64,000 nt of DNA from an uncultured Nitrospiraceae bacterium (GTDB lineage Bacteria; Nitrospirota; Thermodesulfovibrionia; Thermodesulfovibrionales; UBA6898). The notes beneath the pieces are model-generated. The model made no database searches, was not told where the DNA came from, and saw only the letters and a program-made list of their open reading frames with translations. The stretch covers positions 256,001 through 320,000 of the forward strand of contig CAWEQH010000008.1 of NCBI GenBank assembly GCA_963811165.1. The letters are read 5' to 3'. This document shows, piece by piece, positions 32,701 through 43,720 of the stretch (the first letter of the stretch is position 1; each line of letters starts with the position of its first letter). The position numbers and the translations under genes were made by a program.

Positions 32701-33273
32701 ATGTATCTATTTTTCGACACTGAAACAACCGGCTTACCCAGAAACTGGAACGCACCTGTCTCAGACCTGTCCAATTGGCCGAGGCTGGTCCAGATTGCCT
32801 GGCTGCTCTACGATGCGGATGGGAAGAAGGTCTCCGGGCGGGACTATATCGTGAAACCGCAGGGGTTTGTTATTCCTCAGGAGGCGGCAAGGATACACGG
32901 GATCACTACCGAAAAGGCGAATAGTCACGGCGTTTCTTTAAAGGCGGCCCTTGAAGATTTTTCCCGAGCACTCGATCGGGCGAGTTATCTGGTGGCGCAC
33001 AATATGCGCTTCGATGAAAAAATAGTAGGTGCCGAGTTTCTCAGGGAGGGCATTAAACACAAACTTTTTCAAACTGATAAGATCTGCACAATGACCGCAA
33101 CGACCCACTACTGTAAGCTTCCCGGTATTTACGGCGACTATAAATGGCCGAAGCTGTCGGAGCTTTACTTTACGTTGTTCAACGATACATTTGAAGAAGC
33201 CCATAATGCAGCCGTAGACATCGGAGCTTGCGCCGAATGTTTCTGGGAGCTGAGGCGAAGAGGAATTTTATAG
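32701..33273 (+). CDS. DEDDh 3'-5' exonuclease (DnaQ-like)
   Basis: FFDTETTGL, IHGIT, VAHNMRFD, AHNAAVD. Confidence 0.9.
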   Translation: MYLFFDTETTGLPRNWNAPVSDLSNWPRLVQIAWLLYDADGKKVSGRDYIVKPQGFVIPQEAARIHGITTEKANSHGVSLKAALEDFSRALDRASYLVAHNMRFDEKIVGAEFLREGIKHKLFQTDKICTMTATTHYCKLPGIYGDYKWPKLSELYFTLFNDTFEEAHNAAVDIGACAECFWELRRRGIL

Positions 33274-33392
33274 CGAGTGTGTGTCTCTCGTTGGGAGTGG
33301 GTCATTCAAACTGACCTGCTCTCCTGTCGTTTCTTCCCTTTTCAGTGAGTCGCTTCCCATGGTATTCTATTACTCATTAATCGGATGATTGC

Positions 33393-34750
<1,358 letters not shown>

Positions 34751-35103
34751 TTAAACTCAGGCATGTATTATACGCGAAAGACTGCGGGAAACAGGATGGC
34801 AGTTTATTACTCCTTGATAATCAAAGCATACAGCCCCTGCCGCTACTTCCCGGTTGTCGGCCTTCACCGCTAATGGCGGAAGGCAAAAAATCATGATTAT
34901 AATCATCAGCACGATAGTTTTTGTGACATAAATCTGTCGAAACTCGGGACTTCAAGGTGTCTGCAGTAATAGTTCTTGTTTTTAGCAGACGTAACGTATT
35001 ATCATTAATAAATTTTTGACGACATGGGGACCGAGCAGACAGTGATGGTTTTGATGCGATAAGCATTTTTGCGGCATGTCTACGAAAAAGCATAGAATAG
35101 CCG

Positions 35104-35835
35104 ATGGAAACAATCATAAAAGATCTTGACGAAAGGGTGGCGAAAGCGGTCTCTCATTACTGGTTGACCCGTGAGAATCAGGCTAGAAAACAGGAAGGAT
35201 CGGGACGCGCGGACCAGGGGTTGCGAAGCGCTGTAACAGGCGGCGCTCAGATGGATGGCTTTATCGGCTTGTTGACTGAAATCGTAGTTGCCGCCGGAAT
35301 TGATGAACGTCATGTTTTTCATAATAAGAATCTTGAACTCCCCGGCTTTTTCAGACCCACAAAAGAATGGGACCTTCTGGTAATCAAAGATGGTCAGCTG
35401 CTCGTAGCGCTTGAAGCTAAATCACAAGTAGGGCCTTCTTTCGGCAACAATTTTAATAACCGCACTGAGGAAGCTATGGGTAGCGCCCTTGACCTCTGGA
35501 CAGCATACAGGGAGGGCGCTTTTAACAAGACAATACGGCCATGGCTTGGGTATATCTTCTTGCTTGAAGACTGCAAAGAATCTCAGAGCGCAGTGAGAGT
35601 GAAAGAACCTCATTTCAGTGTCTTTGAGGAATTCAAGGGCGCATCATACGCGAAGAGATATGAGCTCTTCTGCAGAAAGCTCGTAAGGGAGCGGCATTAC
35701 AATGCATCGGCCTTTTTTATCTCCGACAGGCAAGTCGGTCAAAAGGGCGCTTTCAAAGAGCCTGCCGAAGACCTGACTTTCGAGCTTTATGCGCGGTCGC
35801 TCGTGGCTCAAGTTGCCGCTTTCTGCAAGGGTTAG
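35104..35835 (+). CDS. PaeR7I/XhoI-family type II restriction endonuclease
   Basis: RSAVTGGAQMDGF, LPGFFRPTKEWDLL, EAKSQVGPSFGNNFNNRTEEA. Confidence 0.88.
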   Translation: METIIKDLDERVAKAVSHYWLTRENQARKQEGSGRADQGLRSAVTGGAQMDGFIGLLTEIVVAAGIDERHVFHNKNLELPGFFRPTKEWDLLVIKDGQLLVALEAKSQVGPSFGNNFNNRTEEAMGSALDLWTAYREGAFNKTIRPWLGYIFLLEDCKESQSAVRVKEPHFSVFEEFKGASYAKRYELFCRKLVRERHYNASAFFISDRQVGQKGAFKEPAEDLTFELYARSLVAQVAAFCKG

Positions 35836-35837
35836 CG

Positions 35838-36791
35838 ATGAGCACATTAACGCAGCTGGAGAAACAAATTACAACCCATCGCCTTATTCAGGGCGATAAC
35901 CGTTCACTGCCTTTTTTGCCTGACGGGTCTGTGCACCTTGTTATTACCTCTCCTCCGTACTGGTCGTTGAAGAGATATAATGAGAATCCAGCACAGATGG
36001 GCCATATTGTTGATTACGAAAAGTTTCTTGCCGAGTTGACTAAGGTATGGAAGGAGGTTTATCGCGTTCTTGTTCCGGGCGGCAGACTCGTCTGCGTGGT
36101 CGGGGATGTTTGTTTATCCAGAAAGATACATGGCAGGCATCTCGTCATGCCTCTGCATGCAGATATAGCGGTCATCTGCCGAAGGCTCGGCTTTGATAAC
36201 CTTAACCCTATCATCTGGCACAAGATTTCAAATGCAACTTTCGAAGCGAACAACGGCACCAAATTTCTGGGAAAACCCTATGAGCCGAATGCGATCGTGA
36301 AGAATGATATCGAGTTTATTCTGATGCAGAGAAAACCCGGCGGCTACCGCAAACCGACTGAAGAACAGCGCAAGTTAAGCATGATCGCCAAAGACGACTT
36401 TTCGGAGTGGTTCAGGCAGTTCTGGACCATTACAGGCGCCTCCACCCGCAACCATCCCGCGCCTTTTCCCTATGAACTTGCGTACCGGCTTGTGAAAATG
36501 TTTTCTTTTTGGGGCGACACGGTCCTCGACCCATTTTGCGGGACCGGCACAACAATGCTTGCTGCAATGAAATGCGGGAGGAACAGTATCGGCATTGAGA
36601 TAGATGAAGAATATTGCCGCATGACCCTCGACCGCCTGAAAACAGAGGCGAAGGGTTTGCCTGCCGAAGTCAATATTGAGTTTTCCAAATTGAGCGACAA
36701 TGACGGCGTCTTTGCTGTTCATGAAGAGCCTGCGGTTTATAGGGGAAAAGTCAGAAAAAAGACAGCAAGGGGGAAGGCGGCAAAAAAATAG
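35838..36791 (+). CDS. Beta-class amino (N4-C/N6-A) DNA methyltransferase
   Basis: TSPPY (motif IV) precedes HPAPFP and DPFCGTGTT (motif I); 2 nt after the REase stop. Confidence 0.92.
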   Translation: MSTLTQLEKQITTHRLIQGDNRSLPFLPDGSVHLVITSPPYWSLKRYNENPAQMGHIVDYEKFLAELTKVWKEVYRVLVPGGRLVCVVGDVCLSRKIHGRHLVMPLHADIAVICRRLGFDNLNPIIWHKISNATFEANNGTKFLGKPYEPNAIVKNDIEFILMQRKPGGYRKPTEEQRKLSMIAKDDFSEWFRQFWTITGASTRNHPAPFPYELAYRLVKMFSFWGDTVLDPFCGTGTTMLAAMKCGRNSIGIEIDEEYCRMTLDRLKTEAKGLPAEVNIEFSKLSDNDGVFAVHEEPAVYRGKVRKKTARGKAAKK

Positions 36792-36795
36792 GAAT

Positions 36796-37029
36796 GTGTC
36801 CCATTTATGCACCGCAATAAGAGCCGTGATCAAATCTGGCAACTCACTTATAATCAAAGATGCAGTAAGAGAAGATAAATCAGCAATATTGTCTGTCATA
36901 GGAAGTTATCCTTATAGATACGATAAGCCAATTGCAAAGGATACTATGATTACTTCTTTTCTTCTCCTGAAAGCCACCTTGGCGGGACATGATAGATATG
37001 CGGAATCATCTCATGCATCTTTATTTTGA
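36796..37029 (+). pseudogene. Degenerate gene fragment (possible GNAT N-terminus) bracketed by 10-bp inverted repeats
   Basis: LIIKDAVREDKSAILSVI resembles a GNAT start, then the frame degenerates; TGTGTCCCAT (36795-36804) / ATGGGACACA (37048-37057). Confidence 0.3.
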
Positions 37030-37234
37030 AATAGATTTAGACATCCTATGGGACACAGTTGTAAATGACCTTCCTCCCCTTGTCAAAGAATTCGAAAAAA
37101 TTATTTCTCAATAGCGTCATAACGCATTTCTTGACTTCAAAACAGGCCCTCGGATAAGATAATATGCTGTTCGAATTTTATCCTCAGGGCCTTCGTAGTG
37201 ACCGGTTCAGGGGATTCAGGAAGGTATCTTTTAG

Positions 37235-37696
37235 GTGAAAATTGCCCTTGGTTGTGACCACGCTGGTTTCGGGCTGAAAGAAGAGATCTTAAGCCTGCTG
37301 AAAAATCTCGACTTCGAAATTGCCGATTGCGGCACAAACGGCACGGAATCCGTGGATTATCCCGATTTTGGAGAAAAGGTCTCCGGACTTGTCTCTTCGG
37401 GAAAGGTCGGTCGGGGCATCCTGATCTGCGGGACCGGCATAGGCATGTCAATGGTGGCCAATAAATTCCCGAATGTCAGGGCATCGCTCTGTAACGACCT
37501 TTTCACCTCAAAGATGAGCCGGCTCCATAACGATGCGAATGTCTTGGTCCTTGGCGGCAGGGTAATCGGGAAGGACCTTGCGTATGAAATCGTAAAGACG
37601 TGGCTGTCCACCCCTTTTGAGGGAGACAGGCATCTGAAAAGGTTGAACAAGATCAAAAAAATAGAGGAAAGTTTAAGGACCAATGGAAATGGATAA
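37235..37696 (+). CDS. rpiB: Ribose-5-phosphate isomerase B
   Basis: [31 protein letters not shown]. Confidence 0.96.
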   Translation: MKIALGCDHAGFGLKEEILSLLKNLDFEIADCGTNGTESVDYPDFGEKVSGLVSSGKVGRGILICGTGIGMSMVANKFPNVRASLCNDLFTSKMSRLHNDANVLVLGGRVIGKDLAYEIVKTWLSTPFEGDRHLKRLNKIKKIEESLRTNGNG

Positions 37697-38921
37697 CCTC
37701 AAGCTGACCGATCCCCAGATTTTCGAGGCGATCGAGAAGGAAAGATGCAGGGAGCATGACAAGATACTCCTCATCGCCTCCGAAAATTACGTGTCGGAGG
37801 CGGTACTCGAGGCACAGGGCTCGATCTTCACCAATAAATACGCCGAAGGATATCCCGGCAGGAGATATTACGGCGGATGTGAATATGCCGACATAGTCGA
37901 GAACCTCGCCGTCGAAAGGGCAAAGGCGGTCTTCGGGGCGGAGCACGTCAACGTGCAGCCTCATTCCGGATCGCAGGCGAATATGGCCGTCTATTTCTCG
38001 GTCCTTAAGCCGGGCGATAAGATACTCGGCATGAACCTGAGCCACGGAGGGCACCTCTCTCATGGGGCGTCCGTGAACTTCTCGGGTGTGCTTTATAAAA
38101 ACGTGCCTTACGGCGTGAACAAAGAAGGACTCATCGACTATGACGAAGTAAGGAAGCTTGCGCTTGAGCAGAGGCCGAGGATGATTGTCGTCGGTGCCTC
38201 AGCCTATTCAAGGGTGATCGACTTTAAGACATTCTCTGAGATAGCGAAAGAATCCGGTGCATACCTCATGGCAGACATTGCACACATCGCGGGGTTGATA
38301 GCCGCCGGGCAGCACCCTTCGCCGGTACCTTACGCCGACTTTGTCACGACGACGACGCACAAGACCCTGAGGGGGCCCCGTGGGGGGATGATCATGTGCA
38401 GGGCGGAATTTGCGAAGGCCGTGGACAAGATGATATTCCCGGGCATACAGGGTGGGCCGCTCGTCCACGTCATCGCCGCCAAGGCGGTGGCGCTAAAGGA
38501 GGCGATGAGCGAGGATTTCCGCGCTTACCAAAGGGGAGTGATCGATAATGCAAGAACACTCGCCTCTGAACTCGTCAAGAAGGGGTTCAGGATAATCTCG
38601 GGCGGCACTGACAATCATCTTATGCTCGTGGACCTGACGAGCAAGGGGATCACCGGCAGGGATGCCGAACAGGCGCTTGACAAGGCGGGGATAACAGTGA
38701 ACAAAAACGCAATACCCTACGATGAGAGACCCCCGGCGGTGACCAGCGGAATGCGGCTCGGCACGCCGAGTGTTACGACGCGCGGGATGGGAACAACGGA
38801 GATGATCGAGATAGCCGACCTTATCTCCGCCGTGATAAATAACAGTCAGGAGCCGGAAGCCATCAGGACCAACGCCCGACGCGTCGCGGCGCTCTGTGAC
38901 AGGTTCCCCATTTACCGGTAA
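37683..38921 (+). CDS. glyA: Serine hydroxymethyltransferase
   Basis: [36 protein letters not shown]. Confidence 0.98.
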   Translation: MEMDNLKLTDPQIFEAIEKERCREHDKILLIASENYVSEAVLEAQGSIFTNKYAEGYPGRRYYGGCEYADIVENLAVERAKAVFGAEHVNVQPHSGSQANMAVYFSVLKPGDKILGMNLSHGGHLSHGASVNFSGVLYKNVPYGVNKEGLIDYDEVRKLALEQRPRMIVVGASAYSRVIDFKTFSEIAKESGAYLMADIAHIAGLIAAGQHPSPVPYADFVTTTTHKTLRGPRGGMIMCRAEFAKAVDKMIFPGIQGGPLVHVIAAKAVALKEAMSEDFRAYQRGVIDNARTLASELVKKGFRIISGGTDNHLMLVDLTSKGITGRDAEQALDKAGITVNKNAIPYDERPPAVTSGMRLGTPSVTTRGMGTTEMIEIADLISAVINNSQEPEAIRTNARRVAALCDRFPIYR

Positions 38922-38966
38922 TAAAGTTTCAGTGTCTTGTGTCTGTGACACTGACACTTATGCAAT

Positions 38967-39431
38967 ATGAAATGTCCTTTTTGCGAGAACCTCGAAGATA
39001 AGGTCATTGATTCAAGGACGAGCAAGGAAGGCAACGCCATCCGCCGCAGGAGGGAATGTCTGAAATGCGGCAAACGTTTTACTTCATATGAGCGGGTCGA
39101 GGACGTTGTCCCGATGGTCGTCAAGAAAGACGGCAGGAGGGAGCCTTTCGATAACGGGAAGATAAAGAACGGACTCCATATCGCCTGCAAGAAAAGACCG
39201 ATCGAGACGGACAGGCTTGACGTCATCGTCGAGGATATCGAAAAGAAGCTCATCGGCCTTGGCGTAAAGGAGATCCAGAGCACATGGATAGGGGAGCAGA
39301 TAATGTCCGAACTCAAAAGTCTCGACAAGGTCGCCTATGTGCGCTTCGCCTCGGTCTACCACCAGTTCAAGGACATCAACGACCTCATGGATGAAGTAAA
39401 AACACTCTTTGAAAACAGGGAAAAAAGATAA
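38967..39431 (+). CDS. nrdR: Transcriptional repressor NrdR
   Basis: MKCPFC, IRRRRECLKC, ATP-cone, VAYVRFASVY. Confidence 0.97.
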   Translation: MKCPFCENLEDKVIDSRTSKEGNAIRRRRECLKCGKRFTSYERVEDVVPMVVKKDGRREPFDNGKIKNGLHIACKKRPIETDRLDVIVEDIEKKLIGLGVKEIQSTWIGEQIMSELKSLDKVAYVRFASVYHQFKDINDLMDEVKTLFENREKR

Positions 39432-39570
39432 TGGTCAAGCCTCGTCTGTTGATCATAGAGGACGACGAAACAGCTGTCTTAGTCTGAAGGTCTTTTTCGA
39501 GGGCAGGGGATGGGGGTAGCTCCTTCCCCGGCCGGGCGGGCGGGGCTCCGCCTGGCGGTGAAGGAGAAAA
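39432..39570 (+). pseudogene. Decayed response-regulator receiver domain fragment
   Basis: MVKPRLLIIEDDE, then in other frames LKVFFEGRG and GRAGLRLAVKE; premature stop. Confidence 0.5.
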
Positions 39571-39751
39571 ATATTTACACTGAGACTTTTTATGTTACCC
39601 ATCCTTTTAAAATAGGCGACCCCGAACCGATATATTATATATATAGTTATGTATGAGGATAACCCTGTAGATAAAAAAATCGAAGCAATAGAATTAGTGC
39701 GATACTTTACTGAGCGGGGCGCGTGTGAGGGAAAAAGACAGGGCGCTTAAG

Positions 39752-39781
39752 TTTACAAAATGACCTGTTTTGTGATATAAA
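39752..39781 (+). promoter_or_regulatory. Sigma70-type promoter of the tRNA operon
   Basis: TTTACA-18 nt-TATAAA with extended TG; 10 nt before tRNA-Gln. Confidence 0.6.
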
Positions 39782-39791
39782 ATTAAGTTCT

Positions 39792-39865
39792 TGGGGAGTC
39801 GTCCAATGGCAGGACGGTAGACTCTGGATCTGCTTATAGGGGTTCGAATCCTCTCTCCCCAGCCA
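39792..39865 (+). tRNA. tRNA-Gln (anticodon CTG)
   Basis: Acceptor TGGGGAG/CTCCCCA, anticodon arm GTAGA-ctCTGga-TCTGC, GGTTCGAATCC, encoded CCA. Confidence 0.96.
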
Positions 39866-39969
39866 TAAAATCAGTAAGCAGTGACGAGTAGACAGTAAGG
39901 AACAAAAAATGGATTACCCGTTGTTCGTTTATTTTATTAACTCATCACTACTTTTCACTGCCTTTATAT

Positions 39970-40045
39970 GGTCCCATCGTCTAGCGGTCTAGGACGTGGC
40001 CCTCTCAAGGCTAAAACACGGGTTCGATTCCCGTTGGGACCGCCA
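39970..40045 (+). tRNA. tRNA-Glu (anticodon CTC)
   Basis: Acceptor GGTCCCA/TGGGACC, anticodon arm TGGCC-ctCTCaa-GGCTA, GGTTCGATTCC, encoded CCA. Confidence 0.96.
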
Positions 40046-40340
40046 ATTTCTCCTCTATAAAGGAAGGAGTTGCACCGCAGTCGCCGTTGTTTGTCCCTTC
40101 TGCGGTGTCCATTTTGTGTCTTCGATCTCTGCCACTGCATCCCTGGGGCTGTCCACTGAGAACCTTCACATGATACGGAAGCTGCCCTTCTGGTGAAGTC
40201 TCGATCCTGTCTCAGATCAAAAAAAAGAAAAATTGGATGGCGTATAAAACGTAGTATAATGTGGAGGATAAGCAGACTTTTCTATTTGATTTCTTAAGAA
40301 GGTCATCAAAAAAAATGCCACGCACACTATTAGTAAATAC

Positions 40341-42143
40341 ATGAAAGATAAAAACAAAACTCCATCCCAACTCTTACGAGAGTTAACAGAGATAAAAGAG
40401 AAATATAAAATAACGAATGAATCACTTATTTTTTTTAAAAAAGCACTGGAAACCATGCAGCTTGGAGTTACCATTACTGACCCGAAAGGAAAAATTCTTT
40501 ATTGCAATCCGGCCGAAGCAGAGATGCATCTTTATCCCGCAAGAGAATTGATTGGCAAAAACGTGAGAGAGTTTGCCCCCTCTCACCTCTGGAACCCGCT
40601 TACAATAACAAAAATTACAGCGATGAACAGGTGGAAACGGGAAAGTACTAATACGCGAAAAGACAATAGTCTCTTTCCTGTGAAATTAATGTCTGACGTA
40701 GTCAAGAATAAACGGGGACGTCCAATCGGCATTGTAACAACATGTGAAGATATAACTTACTACAAGAAATCGGAAGCGAAAATTGTGCGTTTGGCATACC
40801 AAGACACATTGACCGGGCTTCCAAACCGCTATTTATTGAAAGATCGCTTGACACAGGCCATTGAGGCTGCAAAGAAATATAATCGACAAATGGCCATACT
40901 ATTCCTTGACCTCGATGCATTTAAACGCGTTAATGATATGCTGGGCCATGATATAGGAGATAAACTGCTGCAGCAGATTGCGAAGCGGTTAGTGAAATAT
41001 ATCCGTACGAGCGATACTGTTGCTCGTGTAAAAGGGGTCGATATAGGAAATACTGTTGCACGTTTGGGAGGAGATGAGTTTACTATACTGCTGTCGGAAA
41101 TCAAGCATATACAGGACGTGGCCAAGGTGGCGCAACGAATCCTGGATTTATTTTCCAAATCTTTTAAGGTGCAGGGCCACGAAATATTCGTGAGTTTCAG
41201 TATCGGTATTGCGGTGTTTCCTCATAACGGTGAAAATGCGACCTCCCTTCTGAAAAATGCCGATGCGGCGATGTACAACGCAAAGAAGAACGGCAGGAAC
41301 AATTTCCAATTTTATACAGAATCTTTGAACAGTATCACCGCCGAAAGGTTCTCTATCGAGAACCAATTACGCAAGGCATTGGATAACGGAGAGTTGCAGC
41401 TATTTTACCAGCCTCAACTTGATATTGTGGCAAAACAAATTATCGGGGTCGAAGCGCTCCTGCGCTGGACCCATCCAGAGAAGGGTTTGCTTTCAGCGGC
41501 GTCCTTTATCCCGTTGGCTGAAGAAACGGGTTTGATCCTCACCATTGGTGAATGGGTCCTGCAGACTGCATGCCGCCATAACACGTCTTTGCAAAAAGCA
41601 GGATATAAACCGATGCGTGTGGCAGTGAACATCTCCGGCCTCCAGTTCAAACAAAAAAGCTTTGTGAAAACCGTTCAACAGGCTCTCGATAGCGCTTCTT
41701 TAGATCCCCATTACCTTGAGCTGGAACTCACAGAGAGTATCTTGATGGACACAACCGATCAGACAATAATGCGTTTAAAGGAACTAAAATCAATGGGTGT
41801 GAGAATCGCAATTGATGATTTCGGCACGGGTTACTCCTCATTGAATTATTTACATCGTTTTCCCATAGACACACTAAAAATAGACAAATCATTTGTACGG
41901 GACATATCTATTAATCCTGATGACAATGCCATTATCACTGCGATAGTTTCTTTGGCATGTAATTTAAATTTGCAGGTTATTGCCGAAGGGGTTGAGACGA
42001 CACACCAGCTTTTATCTTTGTATCACCTGGGAAGTACCTTGATGCAGGGAGATCTAATGAGTCCGCCACTGCCTGCCGATACACTGATACAATTACTAAG
42101 AAGAGAAGATAAGGCATTTGAATACTTATGGAATACATTGTAA
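40341..42143 (+). CDS. PAS-GGDEF-EAL diguanylate cyclase/phosphodiesterase
   Basis: PAS (ILYCNPA..LIGKN), DTLTGLPNR, RLGGDEF, EALLRW, IDDFGTGYSSL, AEGVE. Confidence 0.93.
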   Translation: MKDKNKTPSQLLRELTEIKEKYKITNESLIFFKKALETMQLGVTITDPKGKILYCNPAEAEMHLYPARELIGKNVREFAPSHLWNPLTITKITAMNRWKRESTNTRKDNSLFPVKLMSDVVKNKRGRPIGIVTTCEDITYYKKSEAKIVRLAYQDTLTGLPNRYLLKDRLTQAIEAAKKYNRQMAILFLDLDAFKRVNDMLGHDIGDKLLQQIAKRLVKYIRTSDTVARVKGVDIGNTVARLGGDEFTILLSEIKHIQDVAKVAQRILDLFSKSFKVQGHEIFVSFSIGIAVFPHNGENATSLLKNADAAMYNAKKNGRNNFQFYTESLNSITAERFSIENQLRKALDNGELQLFYQPQLDIVAKQIIGVEALLRWTHPEKGLLSAASFIPLAEETGLILTIGEWVLQTACRHNTSLQKAGYKPMRVAVNISGLQFKQKSFVKTVQQALDSASLDPHYLELELTESILMDTTDQTIMRLKELKSMGVRIAIDDFGTGYSSLNYLHRFPIDTLKIDKSFVRDISINPDDNAIITAIVSLACNLNLQVIAEGVETTHQLLSLYHLGSTLMQGDLMSPPLPADTLIQLLRREDKAFEYLWNTL

Positions 42144-42250
42144 ATACATTGTTGCGCATGATATGCGCGAGAGGTGCTGCTATATCCCATTACGCTGATT
42201 CTACCCTGTCTCTCTTTCTCTATTGCCTTGTAAGGTGCAGGAGCGCCTTC

Positions 42251-42679
42251 ATGGCTGTCACCGCGCTGTTTCTGATCGTGTTGTTCGGTAATCCTGCCCT
42301 TGCAGGTCGTCCTGATGAATGCGCTCCGGCCTCACCCGCTTTCGATGAGGCCCTCTTGAAACAGATCAATCGATACCGCGCCGAAAACGGGCGTGCACCC
42401 CTGGTCTGGGACGAGCGTCTACGCGTGTCTGCAAAAGGGCATAGCCGCCGCATGTGCGAAGAAGATACCTTAAGTCACAAGGCGTTCGGCGAGAGATTTC
42501 GCAACTCCAGACGAAAATACTGCGTCGAAAACGTCGGAAGGAATGCCGTCACAGGGACCGACCAGTTCAGACAGTGGAAGGAATCGGCAGCCCATAACGA
42601 AAACATGCTGGACAAGCGCATTCATATTGCGGGAATTTCCAAAGCAGGATATTTTGTCACCTTCTTTGCCTGTGAATAG
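42251..42679 (+). CDS. Secreted CAP (SCP) domain protein
   Basis: Signal peptide, INRYRAENG, HS..M, ENV, W..S..HNENML. Start uncertain. Confidence 0.85.
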   Translation: MAVTALFLIVLFGNPALAGRPDECAPASPAFDEALLKQINRYRAENGRAPLVWDERLRVSAKGHSRRMCEEDTLSHKAFGERFRNSRRKYCVENVGRNAVTGTDQFRQWKESAAHNENMLDKRIHIAGISKAGYFVTFFACE

Positions 42680-42748
42680 TCCGCCAACTACTGTTGGATG
42701 AGGATCTTAGAAACGCGGCGGTGCATTATTTCTCGCGGGCTCAAAGGA

Positions 42749-43585
42749 TCATGAAGGGGAGTTGATGAGCCGTACCGCTGTCCTGGGACCTGGGATCTCG
42801 ATCTTCTTCTGCTGAAACTGTGCGAGCACCGACTGGTAAACCTCTGCCTGTACAAAGACAAAATCTTCAACGCTCACCCAGGGATTTATCTGCAGGGTGA
42901 TGCATGATTCTCCCAGCGAGGCAATGCCTGTGACGGGAGCAGGTTCTTTCAGGACCCGTGGGTTCTGCTGTAAGACGGCGCTTACCGTCCCAAGGGCAAG
43001 GTCGACGTCGGTGCCGTAGGCTATGCCGACAGACAAATTCAGCTGACGAATCTTGCCATAGTTGTGGAGTATCTCCCCCACGATCTTTCTGTTTGGCACG
43101 ATAACGCGGGAATTGTCCAGATGCAGCAGGGTCGTAGAGAAGAGGGCGATATCGGTAACCTGTCCGTAAACGCCAAGCACTTCGATGTATTCGCCTATGG
43201 CGAAGGGTTTTGTGAAAATGATGGTCAGCCCTGCAACCAGGTTGCCGAGCAGTCCCTGCATAGCAAGGCTTGCGCCCACGCCGGCCACGCCGATGCCTGC
43301 TATCAGAGGGGTGATTTGGATCCCCATCTGGCCGAGCGCCATGATCCCGATAAAGGCTATGACCAGTAATTTGACGGCCCTGACGATGAGGGCGATAACC
43401 GGTTCATCAAAGGCTTTTTGGGTGAGCCAGCGCTTCAGGATATTGCCGATCCAGCGGGCTATGAGCACCCCGATGCCCATAAGGATGATTGCGGTGAGGA
43501 TCTGGATGCCGTGCTCTATAAAATAGGTTATTATCTTGCCTGCAACTTCCGGCGACTTAAATCCTGATGCTGATTGCTCAGCCAT
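42749..43585 (-). CDS. mscS: Small-conductance mechanosensitive channel
   Basis: Three TM helices, GVAGVGASLAMQ..LGNLVAG, KPFAIGE, VPNRKI, GIAYG.D. Confidence 0.9.
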   Translation of the reverse strand: MAEQSASGFKSPEVAGKIITYFIEHGIQILTAIILMGIGVLIARWIGNILKRWLTQKAFDEPVIALIVRAVKLLVIAFIGIMALGQMGIQITPLIAGIGVAGVGASLAMQGLLGNLVAGLTIIFTKPFAIGEYIEVLGVYGQVTDIALFSTTLLHLDNSRVIVPNRKIVGEILHNYGKIRQLNLSVGIAYGTDVDLALGTVSAVLQQNPRVLKEPAPVTGIASLGESCITLQINPWVSVEDFVFVQAEVYQSVLAQFQQKKIEIPGPRTAVRLINSPS

Positions 43586-43720
43586 GGTCTGCCCCCCTTT
43601 TAAAAAGGATAGCACGCGCATAGGTAATTCACAACAAATTTTGTCTTTGTTGATATGGGAGCCAAAAGTCCAAAAGCGAAGACCTGGAATCCCGTGAAGT
43701 CCGGGGATCTGAGACCGTTC

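Noticed and set aside
37130..37234. ZTP or THF riboswitch upstream of rpiB-glyA
   Set aside because: The conserved ZTP motifs (GACUGGCG, CGCCUGGG) were not found; only a plausible TTGACT/TAAGAT promoter is present.
39996..40196. 66-aa ORF from the track
   Set aside because: It overlaps tRNA-Glu; spurious translation.
40046..40340. Prophage or integrative element at tRNA-Glu
   Set aside because: No integrase, phage genes or duplicated tRNA 3' end in the window.
41010..41070. Short duplication TVAR...TVAR before GGDEF
   Set aside because: It is a common loop insertion in GGDEF-EAL proteins and the active-site motif is intact.
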